Shown: positions 29,675-40,046, numbered from the whole stretch's first letter. The stretch: DNA of 62,774 nt, filler included, from 5 parts of 5 records of this genome joined end to end with filler, not necessarily neighbours in it, one strand, 5' to 3'. A program made the numbers and translations. Notes: a model not told the origin generated them from the letters alone.

Positions 29675-31092
29675 TTCATGTCTCCTTCGCCAGGCTGGCC
29701 GAGTTCAAAGTCCCGTACAGGACGAACTGAATTGTCGGCGCGATCATACATGAGCGCCCCATCAATAAAGACCTGATCGGCCTTGGTGTAGACGCTGAAC
29801 GGATTGCCGGACCAGATCACCACGTCGGCCATTTTACCGGGCTTGAGCGACCCGGTACGCTCTTCAATGCCGAGCGACTTTGCCGGGTTCAGCGACAACC
29901 ATTCCCAGGCAACTTCAATAGGAACGTCTATGCCGACGCGCTTGCCATCGGCCCATGACTTGGCCGCTTCCTGGTTAAGGCGCTGGATGCCGATATCGCT
30001 GTCGGAATGCACGATGGCGCAGGCCCCTGCGTTGTGCACCATCGGGATGTTTTCCGGGATGCCGTCATAGGCTTCCATCTTGAAGCCCCACCAGTCTGCC
30101 CACATGGACGAACAGGCGCCATAATCGGCCAGCTTGTCAGCGATCTTGTAGCTTTCGACAGCATGATGGAATGCGGTGACCTTGTATCCAAACTCCTTCG
30201 ACAGATCCATGATCTGAGCCATCTCATCCGCCCGGTAGCAGTGCATGTGGACGAGTATCTCGCCCGCCAGAACGCCGGCAAGCGTATCCAGCTCCAGATC
30301 GCGCGAAGGCATTTCGCCGCCTTCAGCGGAATACTTGTCCCACTTGCGCTTGTACTCGGCTGCCTTGATCCAGGCTGCCCGGTAGCCAGCCATGTTCCCC
30401 ATGCGGGAGAATGGCGCGCCGCCTGGAAAGCTGCCATTGCCGTAACCATAGACACGCTTCGGGTTTTCTCCGCAGGCCATTTTCAGCGTGTAGGGCGCGC
30501 TTGGGAATTTCATGCCCTGAACCGTGCGCGCCGGCACGTTCTTCAGCGTGATGCCGCGGCCGCCAAACAGGTTTGCACTGCCGGGCAGGACTTGAAGCGA
30601 GGTGACCCCGCCAGCGAGCGCCCGGTCAAATCCCGGGTCCTGCGGCCAGATGCCATGCTCCACCCAGACCTCAGCCGTCACCGGTCCGGAGACTTCATTG
30701 CCATCCTGATGGGCTGAAACGGAGGGCGACGGATAGGCCCCGAGGTGGCTGTGGTTATCGATGATACCCGGCGTCACCCAGCGGCCCGACGCGTCAATCA
30801 CTGTCGCCCCTTCCGGGGTCTCCAGGTCAGCGCCAATGGCCGCGACCTTGCCATCCTGAAGCAGCAGGCTGCCGTCTTCGATCTTCGCGCCTTCTCCATC
30901 CAGGATCGTCGCGTTTGTGATCATGACTGGGGCATTGGGATACGCAACATAGGTTGACGGATAGGGGTCCGGATCGAAGGGTTCATTCGGCGTGAACGGC
31001 TTGATCGCCGGTCCGTCGCCGTCTCCGCTGCCGCCACAAGCAGTAAGAAAAATAGCCCCTGCGGCGAGCGCTACCCAGTTCCGTCTTGTCAT
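29671..31092 (-). CDS. Metal-dependent amidohydrolase, lipoprotein
   Basis: Lipobox LTAC; PGIIDNHSHLG, LKMACGENPKRVYG, HCYRADE, HHAVE, HSD. Confidence 0.88.
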   Translation of the reverse strand: MTRRNWVALAAGAIFLTACGGSGDGDGPAIKPFTPNEPFDPDPYPSTYVAYPNAPVMITNATILDGEGAKIEDGSLLLQDGKVAAIGADLETPEGATVIDASGRWVTPGIIDNHSHLGAYPSPSVSAHQDGNEVSGPVTAEVWVEHGIWPQDPGFDRALAGGVTSLQVLPGSANLFGGRGITLKNVPARTVQGMKFPSAPYTLKMACGENPKRVYGYGNGSFPGGAPFSRMGNMAGYRAAWIKAAEYKRKWDKYSAEGGEMPSRDLELDTLAGVLAGEILVHMHCYRADEMAQIMDLSKEFGYKVTAFHHAVESYKIADKLADYGACSSMWADWWGFKMEAYDGIPENIPMVHNAGACAIVHSDSDIGIQRLNQEAAKSWADGKRVGIDVPIEVAWEWLSLNPAKSLGIEERTGSLKPGKMADVVIWSGNPFSVYTKADQVFIDGALMYDRADNSVRPVRDFELGQPGEGDMK

Positions 31093-31176
31093 GTTCTTTC
31101 GCCCCGGTTCTTCCCGTTTCGTGCCCGCCCCATAGAGCGCGTATCAGGTCGGACCGCAAGGCATGCACCCAGTAAT

Positions 31177-31530
31177 TCAGTCAGGGGTGGCCTTCAGGTT
31201 TTCCCGCTTGTCGCGCCCGAACACCAGCCGCATCAGCCAGTTCGGCGCAAACCGCTCTACACGTGGATGGCGCGTCATTATGCCTTCCATCCACCGGCGT
31301 CCCCAGACAGAGTTCCGGCCGAGCAGGATCACGCCAATAATCGCGATGGGAAGACCGATCGGAAGGAATGGCGTTGCCATGCCGACCGGAATGGCAACCG
31401 CAATGTGCACCAGGCCGACGACCGCCAGCATCTGGCGAAAAAAGCCCCCGATATGTTTACGGGCCAACTCGATAGGTTTGCGAAAAGAGCCGGCAGGTGT
31501 GTCAGTCATGGGCGGTTCAGTTGAGGACAT
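31177..31530 (-). CDS. Small hypothetical membrane protein (start may be 31509)
   Basis: Two hydrophobic segments around TPFLPIGLP; fills the gap between genes. Confidence 0.65.
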   Translation of the reverse strand: MSSTEPPMTDTPAGSFRKPIELARKHIGGFFRQMLAVVGLVHIAVAIPVGMATPFLPIGLPIAIIGVILLGRNSVWGRRWMEGIMTRHPRVERFAPNWLMRLVFGRDKRENLKATPD

Positions 31531-31549
31531 GGAAAGGATATGGGTTCAG

Positions 31550-31565
31550 AGCAATTTCATTGCCA
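31550..31565 (-). promoter_or_regulatory. Possible sigma54 (-24/-12) promoter, or GCAA-N5-TTGC site
   Basis: Minus strand reads TGGCAATGAAATTGCT (GG-N10-GC). Confidence 0.35.
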
Positions 31566-31594
31566 AGTAAAATCACTTCCATGTGTCCAAAGTC

Positions 31595-31610
31595 TGGCAA
31601 CCACGTTGCC
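31595..31610 (+). promoter_or_regulatory. Possible sigma54 (-24/-12) promoter, or GCAA-N5-TTGC site
   Basis: TGGCAACCACGTTGCC (GG-N10-GC), about 60 nt upstream of the acyltransferase. Confidence 0.3.
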
Positions 31611-31669
31611 CGGTTGCTACACCCTGCATGGAAATTGACCGCCGGGGGGCGTTGGACAGCGAGGCCGAT

Positions 31670-33040
31670 ATGAAATTGCAGTCCATCCAGGCGCTTCGGG
31701 GTCTTGCGGCAATGCTGGTTCTGATTTTCCATATCCATGAACTGGAAGTGCTGGCCATTGCTGACAATAACCTGACGGAACGCGCCTGGGTCGGTGGCCT
31801 GTTCACAAATGGCTATGCCGGGGTGGATCTGTTCTTCGTCATCTCCGGCTTCATCATGGTCTATGTGACGCGAAACAGCGTGCCAGGCCTCAGGCAGGCG
31901 GCAGACTTCCTGTTCGGACGCGTGACCCGGATCTATCCGGTCTGGTGGGCCTTCGCCGGGTGTTTGACGATCTACATGTTCGCGGCGCACGGACTGTCGG
32001 AACAGAATGCCGCCTGGCAGAAGGCATCCTTCGGCCAGCCCATGGTTCCGTTTCTGATGAAATCCTTCCTGCTGATCCCACAGCCCGCCTTCCCGATCCT
32101 CAATGTCGGCTGGACGCTGGTTCACGAAGTGTATTTCTACATCATGTTCACCCTGTTCATGCTGGCGCCGCGCAAATGGCTGCCCGTGCTGCTCGGCGTC
32201 TGGGCGGCACTCGTGACGGGTGGCGCCATGATGGGCCTGTCCAATCCCGTTGCTATGGGCTGGGTCTCGCTGGCGGTCCATCCCATGACCCTCGAATTCA
32301 TTCTTGGCGCCATTGCCGGCCTCGCCATCACAAACGGGTTGGTCTGGCGCAGCGGTGTGCTGACCCTTGTTGCCAGCATGCTGCTGCTGGCAGGGCTTTG
32401 CTATCAGGGTCAGGAATCAAAATCCCTGCTTCTGTGGACCCGCGTGCTCTGGTACGGCGTTCCCGCCGCATTGCTCGTCTATGCGGTGGCCGGGCTGGAC
32501 CTTCAGGCTCGCCATACCTGGCTCATCCCTGCCCTGTTCGGCTGGCTCGTGACGATAGGCCTTTATCAACTGACCGGCCTCGACGGCGACAGCGCCGATA
32601 CAGCCCGGCGCGGCGCCACAATCCTGACGGTCACCGTTGGCGGCATCGCCATGCTGATCGTTATCTGGTTCGGCTGGCTTCTGGGCCAGGGTGCACCCGA
32701 ACTGTTGCAGCGAACACGCGCCTTCTTCCGGCACGTGCTCGACGGGGCGGTAAAGCTCGGCGACTGGTCCTTTGCGCTCTACCTCTGCCACCTCATTGTG
32801 CTCAGCGGCCTGCGGGTGGTCTTCAGCCTGCTCGGCCGGTCAGATGCGCTGGCGCCGGTGTTCCGCCTGGGTCATCCCGGCGTGCTGGACAATCTCGCCT
32901 TTGCCACGAGCGGCATCGTCTGCACGCTTCTGGTGTCGTGGCTCAGCTATCGGATGTACGAAGAGCCGCTGACCGTCCTGTTCGGGCGTCTGAGAAAGTC
33001 ATTGTTCCGCCGGGGTCAGCCGCAACCGACCCCGGTCTGA
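31670..33040 (+). CDS. Acyltransferase-3 (OafA/ExoZ-like) membrane O-acyltransferase
   Basis: LQSIQALRGLAA, GVDLFFVISGFIM, RVTRIYP, GWTLVHEVYFY, LGDWSFALYLCH; GAGG before ATG 31670. Confidence 0.9.
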   Translation: MKLQSIQALRGLAAMLVLIFHIHELEVLAIADNNLTERAWVGGLFTNGYAGVDLFFVISGFIMVYVTRNSVPGLRQAADFLFGRVTRIYPVWWAFAGCLTIYMFAAHGLSEQNAAWQKASFGQPMVPFLMKSFLLIPQPAFPILNVGWTLVHEVYFYIMFTLFMLAPRKWLPVLLGVWAALVTGGAMMGLSNPVAMGWVSLAVHPMTLEFILGAIAGLAITNGLVWRSGVLTLVASMLLLAGLCYQGQESKSLLLWTRVLWYGVPAALLVYAVAGLDLQARHTWLIPALFGWLVTIGLYQLTGLDGDSADTARRGATILTVTVGGIAMLIVIWFGWLLGQGAPELLQRTRAFFRHVLDGAVKLGDWSFALYLCHLIVLSGLRVVFSLLGRSDALAPVFRLGHPGVLDNLAFATSGIVCTLLVSWLSYRMYEEPLTVLFGRLRKSLFRRGQPQPTPV

Positions 33041-33049
33041 ACAATCGTC

Positions 33050-34624
33050 CTACTCGGCCGCAACCGGCGGGGCCACTTCCGGCTCTTCCCATTTCAGGAC
33101 CGGCTTGCGCGCGGCTTTCGTCTCATCGAGACGCCGCATCGGTGCAAGATATGGCGCGCCTTTCAGCGTTTCGTCGCCCTGCGCCGCCCGACGGGCGATC
33201 GATTCCAGCGCATCGCAGAACCGGTCCAGCTCAGCCTTCGATTCCGACTCCGTCGGCTCGATCAGCATGGCACCGTGCACGACCAGCGGGAAGTACATCG
33301 TCATCGGATGGTATCCCTCATCGATCAGCGCTTTCGCGATGTCGATCGTCTCGATGCCTTCAGCGGTGAACGCATCCGAGAAGAGCGCCTCGTGCATGCA
33401 GTAGCCGTCGAATGGCGCCGTCATCACCTTCTTCAGGCGGGCCTGAATGTAGTTGGCGTTCAGCACGGCATCTTCCGAAGCCTGCTTAAGCCCGTCTGCA
33501 CCGTGGCTGAGAATGTAAGTCAGCGCGCGCACGAACATGCCCATCTGGCCATGGAAGGCGACCATGCGGCCGAAGCTTTCGGACGCCGCCCCTTCAATAT
33601 CCTCGACGAGGCGGTACATGCCGTCGGCATCCTTCACCACGAACGGCACCGGTGCATAAGGCGCCAGCGCTTCGGACAGGACCGTCGGGCCGGAGCCCGG
33701 CCCCCCACCGCCATGCGGCGTTGAGAAGGTCTTGTGCAGATTGATGTGCATCGCATCGACGCCAAGGTCGCCCGGGCGCACCCGTCCGACAATCGCGTTG
33801 AAGTTTGCGCCGTCGCAATAGAAATAGCCGCCTGCCGCGTGGATCAGGTCAGCGATTTCCTTGATGTCTGTTTCAAAGAGACCGCACGTGTTCGGGTTGG
33901 TCAGCATGATGCCGGCAATGTCGTCAGACTTTTCCAGCTTCGCTTTCAGGTCAGCCATATCGACCCGGCCACGCTTGTTGGCCTTGATCTCGTCGACGAC
34001 AAAACCGCATTGGACGGCCGTCGCAGGGTTCGTTCCGTGAGCAGATTCCGGCACCAGAACGCGCTTGCGAGTCTCGACCTCGCCGCGCGCGATCAGCGCC
34101 TGACGAATCGCCATCATGCCGCAGAACTCGCCATGCGCCCCGGCTTTCGGGCTCATCGCCACGGCCGGCATGTTGGTCAGCGTCTTCAGCCAGGTCGCCA
34201 GTTCGTCGATCAGCTCCAGCGCGCCCTGCACCGTCGCCTGCGGCTGCAGCGGGTGAATGTCGCCAAACCCCGGCAGGCGCGCGATCTTCTCATTGAGGCG
34301 CGGATTGTGTTTCATCGTGCAGCTGCCCAGCGGGAACAGGCCGAGGTCGATCGCATAGTTCTTCTGGCTGAGGCGCATGTAATGGCGCACCGCTTGCGGT
34401 TCCGACAAGCCCGGCAGGCCGGTCGGCACTTTCCGTACCACACCACCGAGACGGTTCTTGGTGCCTTTCGGGGCTGGCAGGTCGACGCCGGTCGTTTCCG
34501 GAGTACCGATCTCGAACAGCAGATCTTCGTGTTGCAGTAGACCGCGAGAACCAGACACGGTTTCAATGGAGGACATGGAGACAGACTCCGGAGACGTAGG
34601 GCGGCCCTGAGTGTTCATGCTCAT
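33050..34624 (-). CDS. gcvPB: Glycine dehydrogenase subunit 2
   Basis: PLGSCTMKHNP, PLP lysine motif HKTFSTPHGGGGPG. Confidence 0.95.
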   Translation of the reverse strand: MSMNTQGRPTSPESVSMSSIETVSGSRGLLQHEDLLFEIGTPETTGVDLPAPKGTKNRLGGVVRKVPTGLPGLSEPQAVRHYMRLSQKNYAIDLGLFPLGSCTMKHNPRLNEKIARLPGFGDIHPLQPQATVQGALELIDELATWLKTLTNMPAVAMSPKAGAHGEFCGMMAIRQALIARGEVETRKRVLVPESAHGTNPATAVQCGFVVDEIKANKRGRVDMADLKAKLEKSDDIAGIMLTNPNTCGLFETDIKEIADLIHAAGGYFYCDGANFNAIVGRVRPGDLGVDAMHINLHKTFSTPHGGGGPGSGPTVLSEALAPYAPVPFVVKDADGMYRLVEDIEGAASESFGRMVAFHGQMGMFVRALTYILSHGADGLKQASEDAVLNANYIQARLKKVMTAPFDGYCMHEALFSDAFTAEGIETIDIAKALIDEGYHPMTMYFPLVVHGAMLIEPTESESKAELDRFCDALESIARRAAQGDETLKGAPYLAPMRRLDETKAARKPVLKWEEPEVAPPVAAE

Positions 34625-35967
34625 CAGATGATCTCCTTAAGGGCAGCCGCGTAGGCCGCTATGTCTTCTGGCGTTGTACATTCGGTGGCGGCGCAGAGGA
34701 TGACGTCGCCCATATGGTCACCCGGAAACAGGCGGCTGGCGCGGACACCGCCGACAATGCCCGCTTCGTCCAGCATGGCGAGCACGGCTTCGGCATTCAT
34801 TGGCGTACGGAAGGCGAACTCGTTGAAGAAGCGCGGCGTCAGGATCTCGACGCCCGGCACGGCAGCCAGCGCATCGGCGAGGTCGCAGGCGGCTTCGTGG
34901 TTCAGCACTGCCATTTGCTCCAGCCCCCTGCCGCCAAGCAGCGTCATGTGCGCGGTGAAAGCCAGCGCGCAGAGGCCCGAATTCGTACAGATGTTCGACG
35001 TCGCCTTGTCGCGGCGGATGTGCTGCTCGCGTGTTGAAAGCGTCAGCACGAAGCCGCGCTTGCCTTCGGCGTCAGTCGTCTCACCGCAGAGGCGCCCCGG
35101 CATCTGACGGACCAGTTTCTGCGTGCAGGCAAAGAGGCCCACATAGGGTCCGCCGAAGTTCAGGCCGTTCCCGATGGACTGGCCCTCGCCAACGGCGATA
35201 TCCGCGCCCATTTCGCCAGGCGGCGTGACGAGGCCGAGCGAGACCGCTTCGGTAAACACAGAGACCAGCAGCGCGCCTTTGCTGTGCGCGGCTTCGGCCA
35301 CCGGTGAGAGATCCGTCACGGTGCCGAATGTGTTCGGCGACTGGCCGATTACGCAGGCCGTGGCATCGTCAACGGCATCGGCCAGCGCCAGCTCGCCATC
35401 GATGGCATGCTCCAGCTGCACCACTTCGATGCCCTGCGCTTCGCACAGCAGTTTCGTCGCGGCGGCATAGTGCGGATGCAGGCCGCCGGAGAGGATCACC
35501 TTCTTCCGGCGCGTGGCCCGGGTCGCCATCACGGCCGCTTCGGCGCAGGCGGTTGAGCCGTCATACATGGAGGCGTTGGCCACATCCATGGCGGTGAGCG
35601 CCGCAACTTGCGTCTGGAACTCGAACAGGGTCTGCAGCGTGCCCTGCGCGATTTCCGGTTGATAGGGCGTGTAGGTCGTCAGGAATTCGGAGCGCTGGAT
35701 AATCATGTCCACTGTGGCTGGCACATGGTGCTTGTAGGCACCGGCACCGACAAAGAACGGGCCAGACGAAGCCGCGCGGTTCTTCGCCGCCAGCTTCGAC
35801 ATGTGTCGTTCGACCGCGAGTTCCCCCTGATGGTCCGGCAGACCCTCCACCGTGCCATGCAGGCGGGCAGATTCAGGAACGTCCGCATAAAAATCATCGA
35901 CCGATTTCGCGCCGATGGTGTTCAACATCTCCGCGCGGTCATCCGCTGTCAGGGGAAGGTATCGCAT
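34624..35967 (-). CDS. gcvPA: Glycine dehydrogenase subunit 1
   Basis: [36 protein letters not shown]. Confidence 0.95.
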   Translation of the reverse strand: MRYLPLTADDRAEMLNTIGAKSVDDFYADVPESARLHGTVEGLPDHQGELAVERHMSKLAAKNRAASSGPFFVGAGAYKHHVPATVDMIIQRSEFLTTYTPYQPEIAQGTLQTLFEFQTQVAALTAMDVANASMYDGSTACAEAAVMATRATRRKKVILSGGLHPHYAAATKLLCEAQGIEVVQLEHAIDGELALADAVDDATACVIGQSPNTFGTVTDLSPVAEAAHSKGALLVSVFTEAVSLGLVTPPGEMGADIAVGEGQSIGNGLNFGGPYVGLFACTQKLVRQMPGRLCGETTDAEGKRGFVLTLSTREQHIRRDKATSNICTNSGLCALAFTAHMTLLGGRGLEQMAVLNHEAACDLADALAAVPGVEILTPRFFNEFAFRTPMNAEAVLAMLDEAGIVGGVRASRLFPGDHMGDVILCAATECTTPEDIAAYAAALKEII

Positions 35968-35994
35968 CCCGTACTCCGTAAGTGTCCGTGAAAC

Positions 35995-36384
35995 CTAAAG
36001 GGTCTCGCAATAGGCCTTGTAGGCGGCCTCATCCATCAGGCCGGCAATCTCGGCGCCGTCCTTGATTTCGAGGACGCAGAACCAGCCTTCTTCCGTCGGG
36101 GACTCGTTGACGGTTTCCGGCTTGTCGGAAAGCGCGCCATTCACCTCGACCACCTTGCCGTGGATCGGGGCGTAGACGTCGGACGCGGCCTTCACGCTCT
36201 CGACGACCGCCATGTCGTCGCCCGGCGCGAACTCGGCGCCGACTTCGGGAAGTTCGACGAATACGATGTCGCCGAGGGCGTTCTCGGCATAGTGCGTGAT
36301 ACCGACCGTAGCGAGGTCGTTGTGGACCGTCACCCATTCATGGTCTAGGGTGTAGAAAGTCGTCGGCTGTGTGTAGCGGGTCAT
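35995..36384 (-). CDS. gcvH: Glycine cleavage H protein
   Basis: DHEW, LGDIVFVELP, lipoyl site VESVKAAS. Confidence 0.95.
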   Translation of the reverse strand: MTRYTQPTTFYTLDHEWVTVHNDLATVGITHYAENALGDIVFVELPEVGAEFAPGDDMAVVESVKAASDVYAPIHGKVVEVNGALSDKPETVNESPTEEGWFCVLEIKDGAEIAGLMDEAAYKAYCETL

Positions 36385-36396
36385 GGGGTCTGGCTC

Positions 36397-37554
36397 CTAT
36401 CGCTTATAATTATGCGGAACAAAGGGAAGGTCGGCGACAACCGCCGGGCGCGCCTTGCCACGCACCATCAACTGGATTTCAGTGCCCGGCGCGGCATGAG
36501 CGGTGGCAATGTAGCCCATGGCGACCGGATGGCCGACGCTTGGGCCGAACCCGCCGGACGTAACCACGCCGACCTTCTCGTCACCGATAAAGATTTCCGT
36601 GCCTTCGCGGGCCGGGGCGCGCTCCAGCGGCTTGATGCCGACCCGATTGCGGGCCGGGCCTTCGCTCCGTTCCCGGAGAATCCGCTCGGCGCCGGGGAAG
36701 TCACCTGCCTCGCGGCGGCGCTTCTGGATGACCCAGCCAAGATCAGCTTCGATCGGCGAAGTCGTGGGATCGAGGTCATGCCCATAAAGGCAGAGCCCGG
36801 CTTCGAGGCGCAGCGAGTCCCGCGCGCCGAGGCCGATGGGCTTTACCCGTTCGTCGGTCATCATTTCCCTGACCAGCGGAATGCCTGCTTCCGGCTTCAC
36901 GAGGACTTCGAACCCGTCCTCGCCGGTATAGCCACAGCGAGAGACAATGCAGCGCGTGCCGTTCAGCTCGAAGGGCATGTGATGCATGAAGGAAAGGTCT
37001 TCGCAGCCGGGGAAGAAATCCTTCATCACGTCGCACGCTTCCGGGCCCTGAAGGGCGAACAGGATGCGGTCGTCGGCGCGGGTCAGCACCGCGCGGCCGG
37101 CGAGCTTCTTCTCGAAGATGCCCCAGTCCTGCTCTTTCATGGCGCCGTTGACGACGACGTAGAGGCTGCCCTGCGCGTCATCGCCGATGGGGCGGGTGAT
37201 GATCAGGTCGTCGAGGATGCCGCCGTCTTCGTTCAGCAGCACAGTGAGGCGCGCCTGGCCGGGCTTCAGGCTGGTGATGTCGCTCGGCACCAGTTCCTCG
37301 ATCATGGCTGCGATCTTGGCATGCGCTTCGTCGCCGCCGCCGATCCCGTCTTCGAGGGTGAGGAAACAGGGTCCCATGTGGGAGACATCGAAGAGGCCGG
37401 CATGCGCGCGGGTCCAGTTGTGCTCTTCCAAGACTCCGGCCGGGAACTGGACCGGCATTTCATAGCCGGCGAACGGCACGAGCTTGGCCTCACACGCGAC
37501 GTGCAGGTCGTAAAGCGGTGTCCGCTTCAGGGTTTCGGTCGTTGCGTCAGTCAT
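36397..37554 (-). CDS. gcvT: Glycine cleavage aminomethyltransferase
   Basis: FAGYEMPVQF, GLFDVSHMG, GYTGEDGFE, GLGARDSLRLEAGLCLYG. Confidence 0.95.
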   Translation of the reverse strand: MTDATTETLKRTPLYDLHVACEAKLVPFAGYEMPVQFPAGVLEEHNWTRAHAGLFDVSHMGPCFLTLEDGIGGGDEAHAKIAAMIEELVPSDITSLKPGQARLTVLLNEDGGILDDLIITRPIGDDAQGSLYVVVNGAMKEQDWGIFEKKLAGRAVLTRADDRILFALQGPEACDVMKDFFPGCEDLSFMHHMPFELNGTRCIVSRCGYTGEDGFEVLVKPEAGIPLVREMMTDERVKPIGLGARDSLRLEAGLCLYGHDLDPTTSPIEADLGWVIQKRRREAGDFPGAERILRERSEGPARNRVGIKPLERAPAREGTEIFIGDEKVGVVTSGGFGPSVGHPVAMGYIATAHAAPGTEIQLMVRGKARPAVVADLPFVPHNYKR

Positions 37555-37607
37555 GGCGCCCTCATCACAGGAGACGTCAGCGGCCTCGGCCGCATGTCCG
37601 TCGCCCC

Positions 37608-37751
37608 CGCTGTCTCGGCGCCTGAGAGATTCCGCCCGTGAACTCCGGGCTTGCTCCTTCGGCGAGGTGGCGCCAGACGGCCCGCCTCTTTCCAGCGTGT
37701 TGGTCCTCTCCCGGCCCTTTTGCCTGAGCGTTTCCGGGGCGGTTGCGCCTT
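37608..37751 (-). ncRNA. Tandem glycine riboswitch (aptamer 2 at 37608-37697; aptamer 1 cut by the contig end)
   Basis: Minus strand: aaggcgcaa...ggaaacgCTCAGGcaaaagg, then cgctGGAAAGag...cgCCGAAGGAGCAA...aatctCTCAGG...gacagcg; directly upstream of gcvT. Confidence 0.9.
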
Positions 37752-37851
37752 NNNNNNNNNNNNNNNNNNNNNNNNNNNNNNNNNNNNNNNNNNNNTTAAT
37801 TAATTAANNNNNNNNNNNNNNNNNNNNNNNNNNNNNNNNNNNNNNNNNNNN
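37752..37851. other. Artificial contig-joining spacer
   Basis: 100 bp of N around TTAATTAATTAA; composition switches to AT-rich after it. Confidence 0.98.
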
Positions 37852-38744
37852 TTGGCAATAACTGAAGGCGCTTCACCAACACGCGGAGCGCCAAACTCGT
37901 ATGGCACGTGTTTTCCGGTTTGTTTTTCAAGTTCTGAGATCACATCAAGAACGCTACTGCCACGACCATATCCCAGGTTAAACAAGTAGGAATTTTTATT
38001 TTTTATCATATGGTTAAGCAATGAGAGGTGGGCACTTGCAACATCTGAAACATGAATATAATCACGAACGCCAGTGCCATCCGGCGTGGGCAATTCCCTG
38101 CCAAACACCTTTAGGGGGTCGGCCTTTCCAAGCATAGCGTCAATTGCACGGCCAATTAGATGGGTAGGATTTTCTAGAAATTGACCATGCCGCATATCAG
38201 GATCAGCGCCAGCAACATTGAAATATCTAAAAATACCAAAATTCATGCTTGAAACAGCACAAACATCTTTAAGTTGTTGCTCGGTGAATAACTTTGAAGA
38301 ACCGTATGGATTTAATGGCAACGGAACAGCATCTTCATTTACCGGCGCGTCTTCAGTTTCTCCATAAACTGCAGCGGTCGAAGAAAAAATAAAGCTTTCA
38401 ACACCACCTTTTACCGCCACCTCAATCAAATTGCGACTACCTTCAGTGTTGTTTTCATAGTATTTTAAAGGGTTAGATACAGATTCATCGACTTTGATAG
38501 AGCCGGCAAAATGTAAAACAGACTTTACATTATGCCGCTTAATAATTTCACTTGTTAGTGCCTGATCATGGACCCTACCTTCGTAAAAGTGCACATTGTC
38601 ATGAAAAGAGAGCCGCTGGCCTGTGCTCAAATCATCCAAAACGCAAACTTCGACGCCTGCATCCTGTAAAGCTAGAACTGCATGGCCGCCAATGTATCCG
38701 GCACCACCTGTAACCAATACTGGTGTCTTAATATCGATGTTCAC
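37852..38744 (-). CDS. galE: UDP-glucose 4-epimerase (3'-truncated)
   Basis: TGGAGYIG, FSSTAAVYG, YGSSK, RYFNVAGADP, DGTGVRDYIHV; GGAGG before GTG. Confidence 0.92.
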
Positions 38745-38795
38745 ATAGTCCTCCTAGGTAGTCCCCCTACTCTGCTTTACAGCACCAAGAAACTC

Positions 38796-40004
38796 TTATG
38801 TATTTATTATGCCTCGAAAAATTTCCATTTGCTTAGAAGACGTTGACTGCCAACTATATTTTAGAGCGTATGACCTTACGTCGCTTCTTGAAGGCAAATT
38901 TGTCAAAATACTTTTCATTACCTGCCCGTATGAAGAGGGGTCGTCGCCATCCACCAGCCCCCCTGGTGCATCTTTCGTAATTAGTTCAATAGCACCGTCA
39001 ACTCGCCTAGCCACAACGACTGCGCCGCATGCCATAGCCTCTAGCATAACATTTGCCCAGCCTTCACGCTCAGATGGCAAACACAGAATATCCGCAAATG
39101 AAAAATACACTGGCATTTCAGCCGGATTTTTCTGACCAACAAATTTTACTCTGTCACTCAAACCCAATGACTTTACTTGCGCTTCCAAATTACGCCTAAG
39201 CGGCCCATCCCCGACAATTATCGCCTGGCAATCAGGCAAACCCGACATTGCATCAATAACAATATCAACCCTTTTTCTGGGGATTAACCAACCAGCGGAT
39301 ACAACAGTTGAAGCGTCGGGGTTAAGACCAAGCTGCTCAAAGAAACGTATACGATCTTCTTCAACAGGCTTGAAAAGGTCTGAATCAACACCGTTTCTCA
39401 AAACAGAGATCTTGCTGTCATCCGCACCGAGCAACGCTAACTTGTCTTTTAATGATCTGCTCACTGTAATGACATGACTGGCAGCTTCACATGCATGCAA
39501 AATCGCCCTCTTAGGTGCATCCATTAGGCCAATTTGGGTAACATCACTGCCTCTTGCGGTCATAGTAAAGGGCAATTTAAGTGATTTTGCCAATTGCGCC
39601 GCTGCAACGCCGTCAGGAAATAAATAATGAGCATCAATCAGGTCGAATTGCTCTCCGCCTTTCACTAACTTTTTAGCAGCGGCTATGGCAGTTTTAGCCA
39701 AAAATTGCGGCGTTAGCATCATGCCAATTTTGGGAATAACCAGGTAGCGCGGATGATAAATTTTCAAGCCATCCTTATGCTCAATCAAATCAGCCTGTGC
39801 TGCACGGCCATACTTTCCAAAAATACTGCTTTTAAAAGGAAACCAAGGCACTGGAGCAATAACAGTTGCATTAACGTCTTCATCCTTAAGTAGATGTCGC
39901 AACCTGTTCTCAACAAAAATTCCCTGGGTTGGTTCACCCTTGTGAGGAAACAATGTCGAAAAAACCAAAATATGCAATCTACGTTTAGAAGAACTTGTTA
40001 CCAC
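38796..40004 (-). CDS. GT4 glycosyltransferase (TuaC/WlbH-like)
   Basis: DAHYLFPDG, TARGSDV, EGWANVMLEAMACG. Confidence 0.88.
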   Translation of the reverse strand: MVTSSSKRRLHILVFSTLFPHKGEPTQGIFVENRLRHLLKDEDVNATVIAPVPWFPFKSSIFGKYGRAAQADLIEHKDGLKIYHPRYLVIPKIGMMLTPQFLAKTAIAAAKKLVKGGEQFDLIDAHYLFPDGVAAAQLAKSLKLPFTMTARGSDVTQIGLMDAPKRAILHACEAASHVITVSRSLKDKLALLGADDSKISVLRNGVDSDLFKPVEEDRIRFFEQLGLNPDASTVVSAGWLIPRKRVDIVIDAMSGLPDCQAIIVGDGPLRRNLEAQVKSLGLSDRVKFVGQKNPAEMPVYFSFADILCLPSEREGWANVMLEAMACGAVVVARRVDGAIELITKDAPGGLVDGDDPSSYGQVMKSILTNLPSRSDVRSYALKYSWQSTSSKQMEIFRGIINT

Positions 40005-40046
40005 GATAACTGCCCTGTCCTAAAAATGCGAATACAACAGTTCAAT

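Noticed and set aside
31945-33369. 474-aa overlapping plus-strand ORF
   Set aside because: Arg/Pro/Ala-rich off-frame translation overlapping the acyltransferase and gcvPB.
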